A DNA stretch of 64,000 nucleotides from Leucoraja ocellata (Eukaryota): contig JAWMAR010000085.1 in the NCBI GenBank assembly GCA_036785375.1, forward strand, positions 7,564,001-7,628,000, written 5' to 3'. Under the pieces are notes generated by a model. The model was given only the letters and a program-made list of their open reading frames with translations, did not search any database and was not told the DNA's origin. A program made the translations under genes and the position numbers. Of this stretch, positions 63,490 to 64,000 are shown piece after piece. Every line of letters starts with the position of its first letter. The first letter of the stretch is position 1.

Positions 63490-63826
63490 AGGGCAGCACA
63501 GTGGTGCAGCAGTAGTTGCTGCTTTAGAGCGCCAGAGTTATAGAACCCAGAGGCTCCAGGTTCGATCCTGACCTTGGGTGCTCTCTGTATGGAGTGCGCA
63601 CGTTCTCCCAGTGACCGTGTGAGATTCCTCTGGGTGCTCCGGTTTCCTCCCACATCCAAAAAAGCACTTGTGTGTTTGCAGGTTAATTGGCACTCTGTAA
63701 ATTGTCCCTAGTGTGTAGGGAGTGTATGCAAAGGTGGGATAATATAGAACTAGTGTGAACGGGTGATTGATGGTTGATGTGGACTCGGTGGGTCGAAGAG
63801 CCTGTTTCCACATTGTATCTCTAAAC
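63490..63826 (+). mobile_element. HE1-like SINE in intron 1 of the downstream gene
   Basis: Head, core and tail. Confidence 0.85.
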
Positions 63827-64000
63827 TCAACAAAATAAAATCAAGTGAGTTCATTTATAACTTAAATTATAAATTATAATTAATTTAATAATTGGGATAC
63901 ATATAAAAAAATGCCAAATTCAAATAAACCCTAAAGAAAATGTTGCTTGATTGGGAAGGGCATCAAAGATTACATGGAGAAAGCAGGAGAATGGGGTTGA

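Noticed and set aside
6000-63900. Many 60-140 aa ORFs with ECGRKPEHPEKTH, RDAA/LEML or FRDSFFP motifs
   Set aside because: Recurrent translations of SINE, foldback and LINE tail repeats, not genes

Overview
Vertebrate genomic DNA, almost certainly a cartilaginous fish (skate/ray): it is saturated with HE1-type V-SINEs, CR1/HER1 LINEs and Penelope-derived hairpins. One 132-nt N gap lies at 22682-22813. Genes: (1) the 3' half of a + strand EWI-family immunoglobulin superfamily gene (CD101/IGSF2- or IGSF3-like), with four phase-1 V-type Ig exons (1246-1650, 2323-2724, 3710-4120, 5516-5929) and a TM/cytoplasmic exon (15118-15335); (2) about 46 kb downstream, on the same strand, a TATA/GC/CCAAT promoter and a 40-nt signal-peptide exon (61714-61753, MKCIPIQLVALLL-G) resembling the start of IGSF3. 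The rest is mostly transposon-derived: a full-length CR1 with both ORFs open (52515-56722, -) plus two young truncated siblings, an IR/DR Tc1/mariner, hAT and other MITEs, L1/Tx1 and Rex1/Babar pieces, a Penelope GIY-YIG remnant, and more than 20 foldback elements whose inner arms carry minimal hammerhead-ribozyme-like motifs. All family assignments come from recognition by eye and recalled sequences; no searches were run. Repeat boundaries are approximate unless a TSD or TIR is cited.
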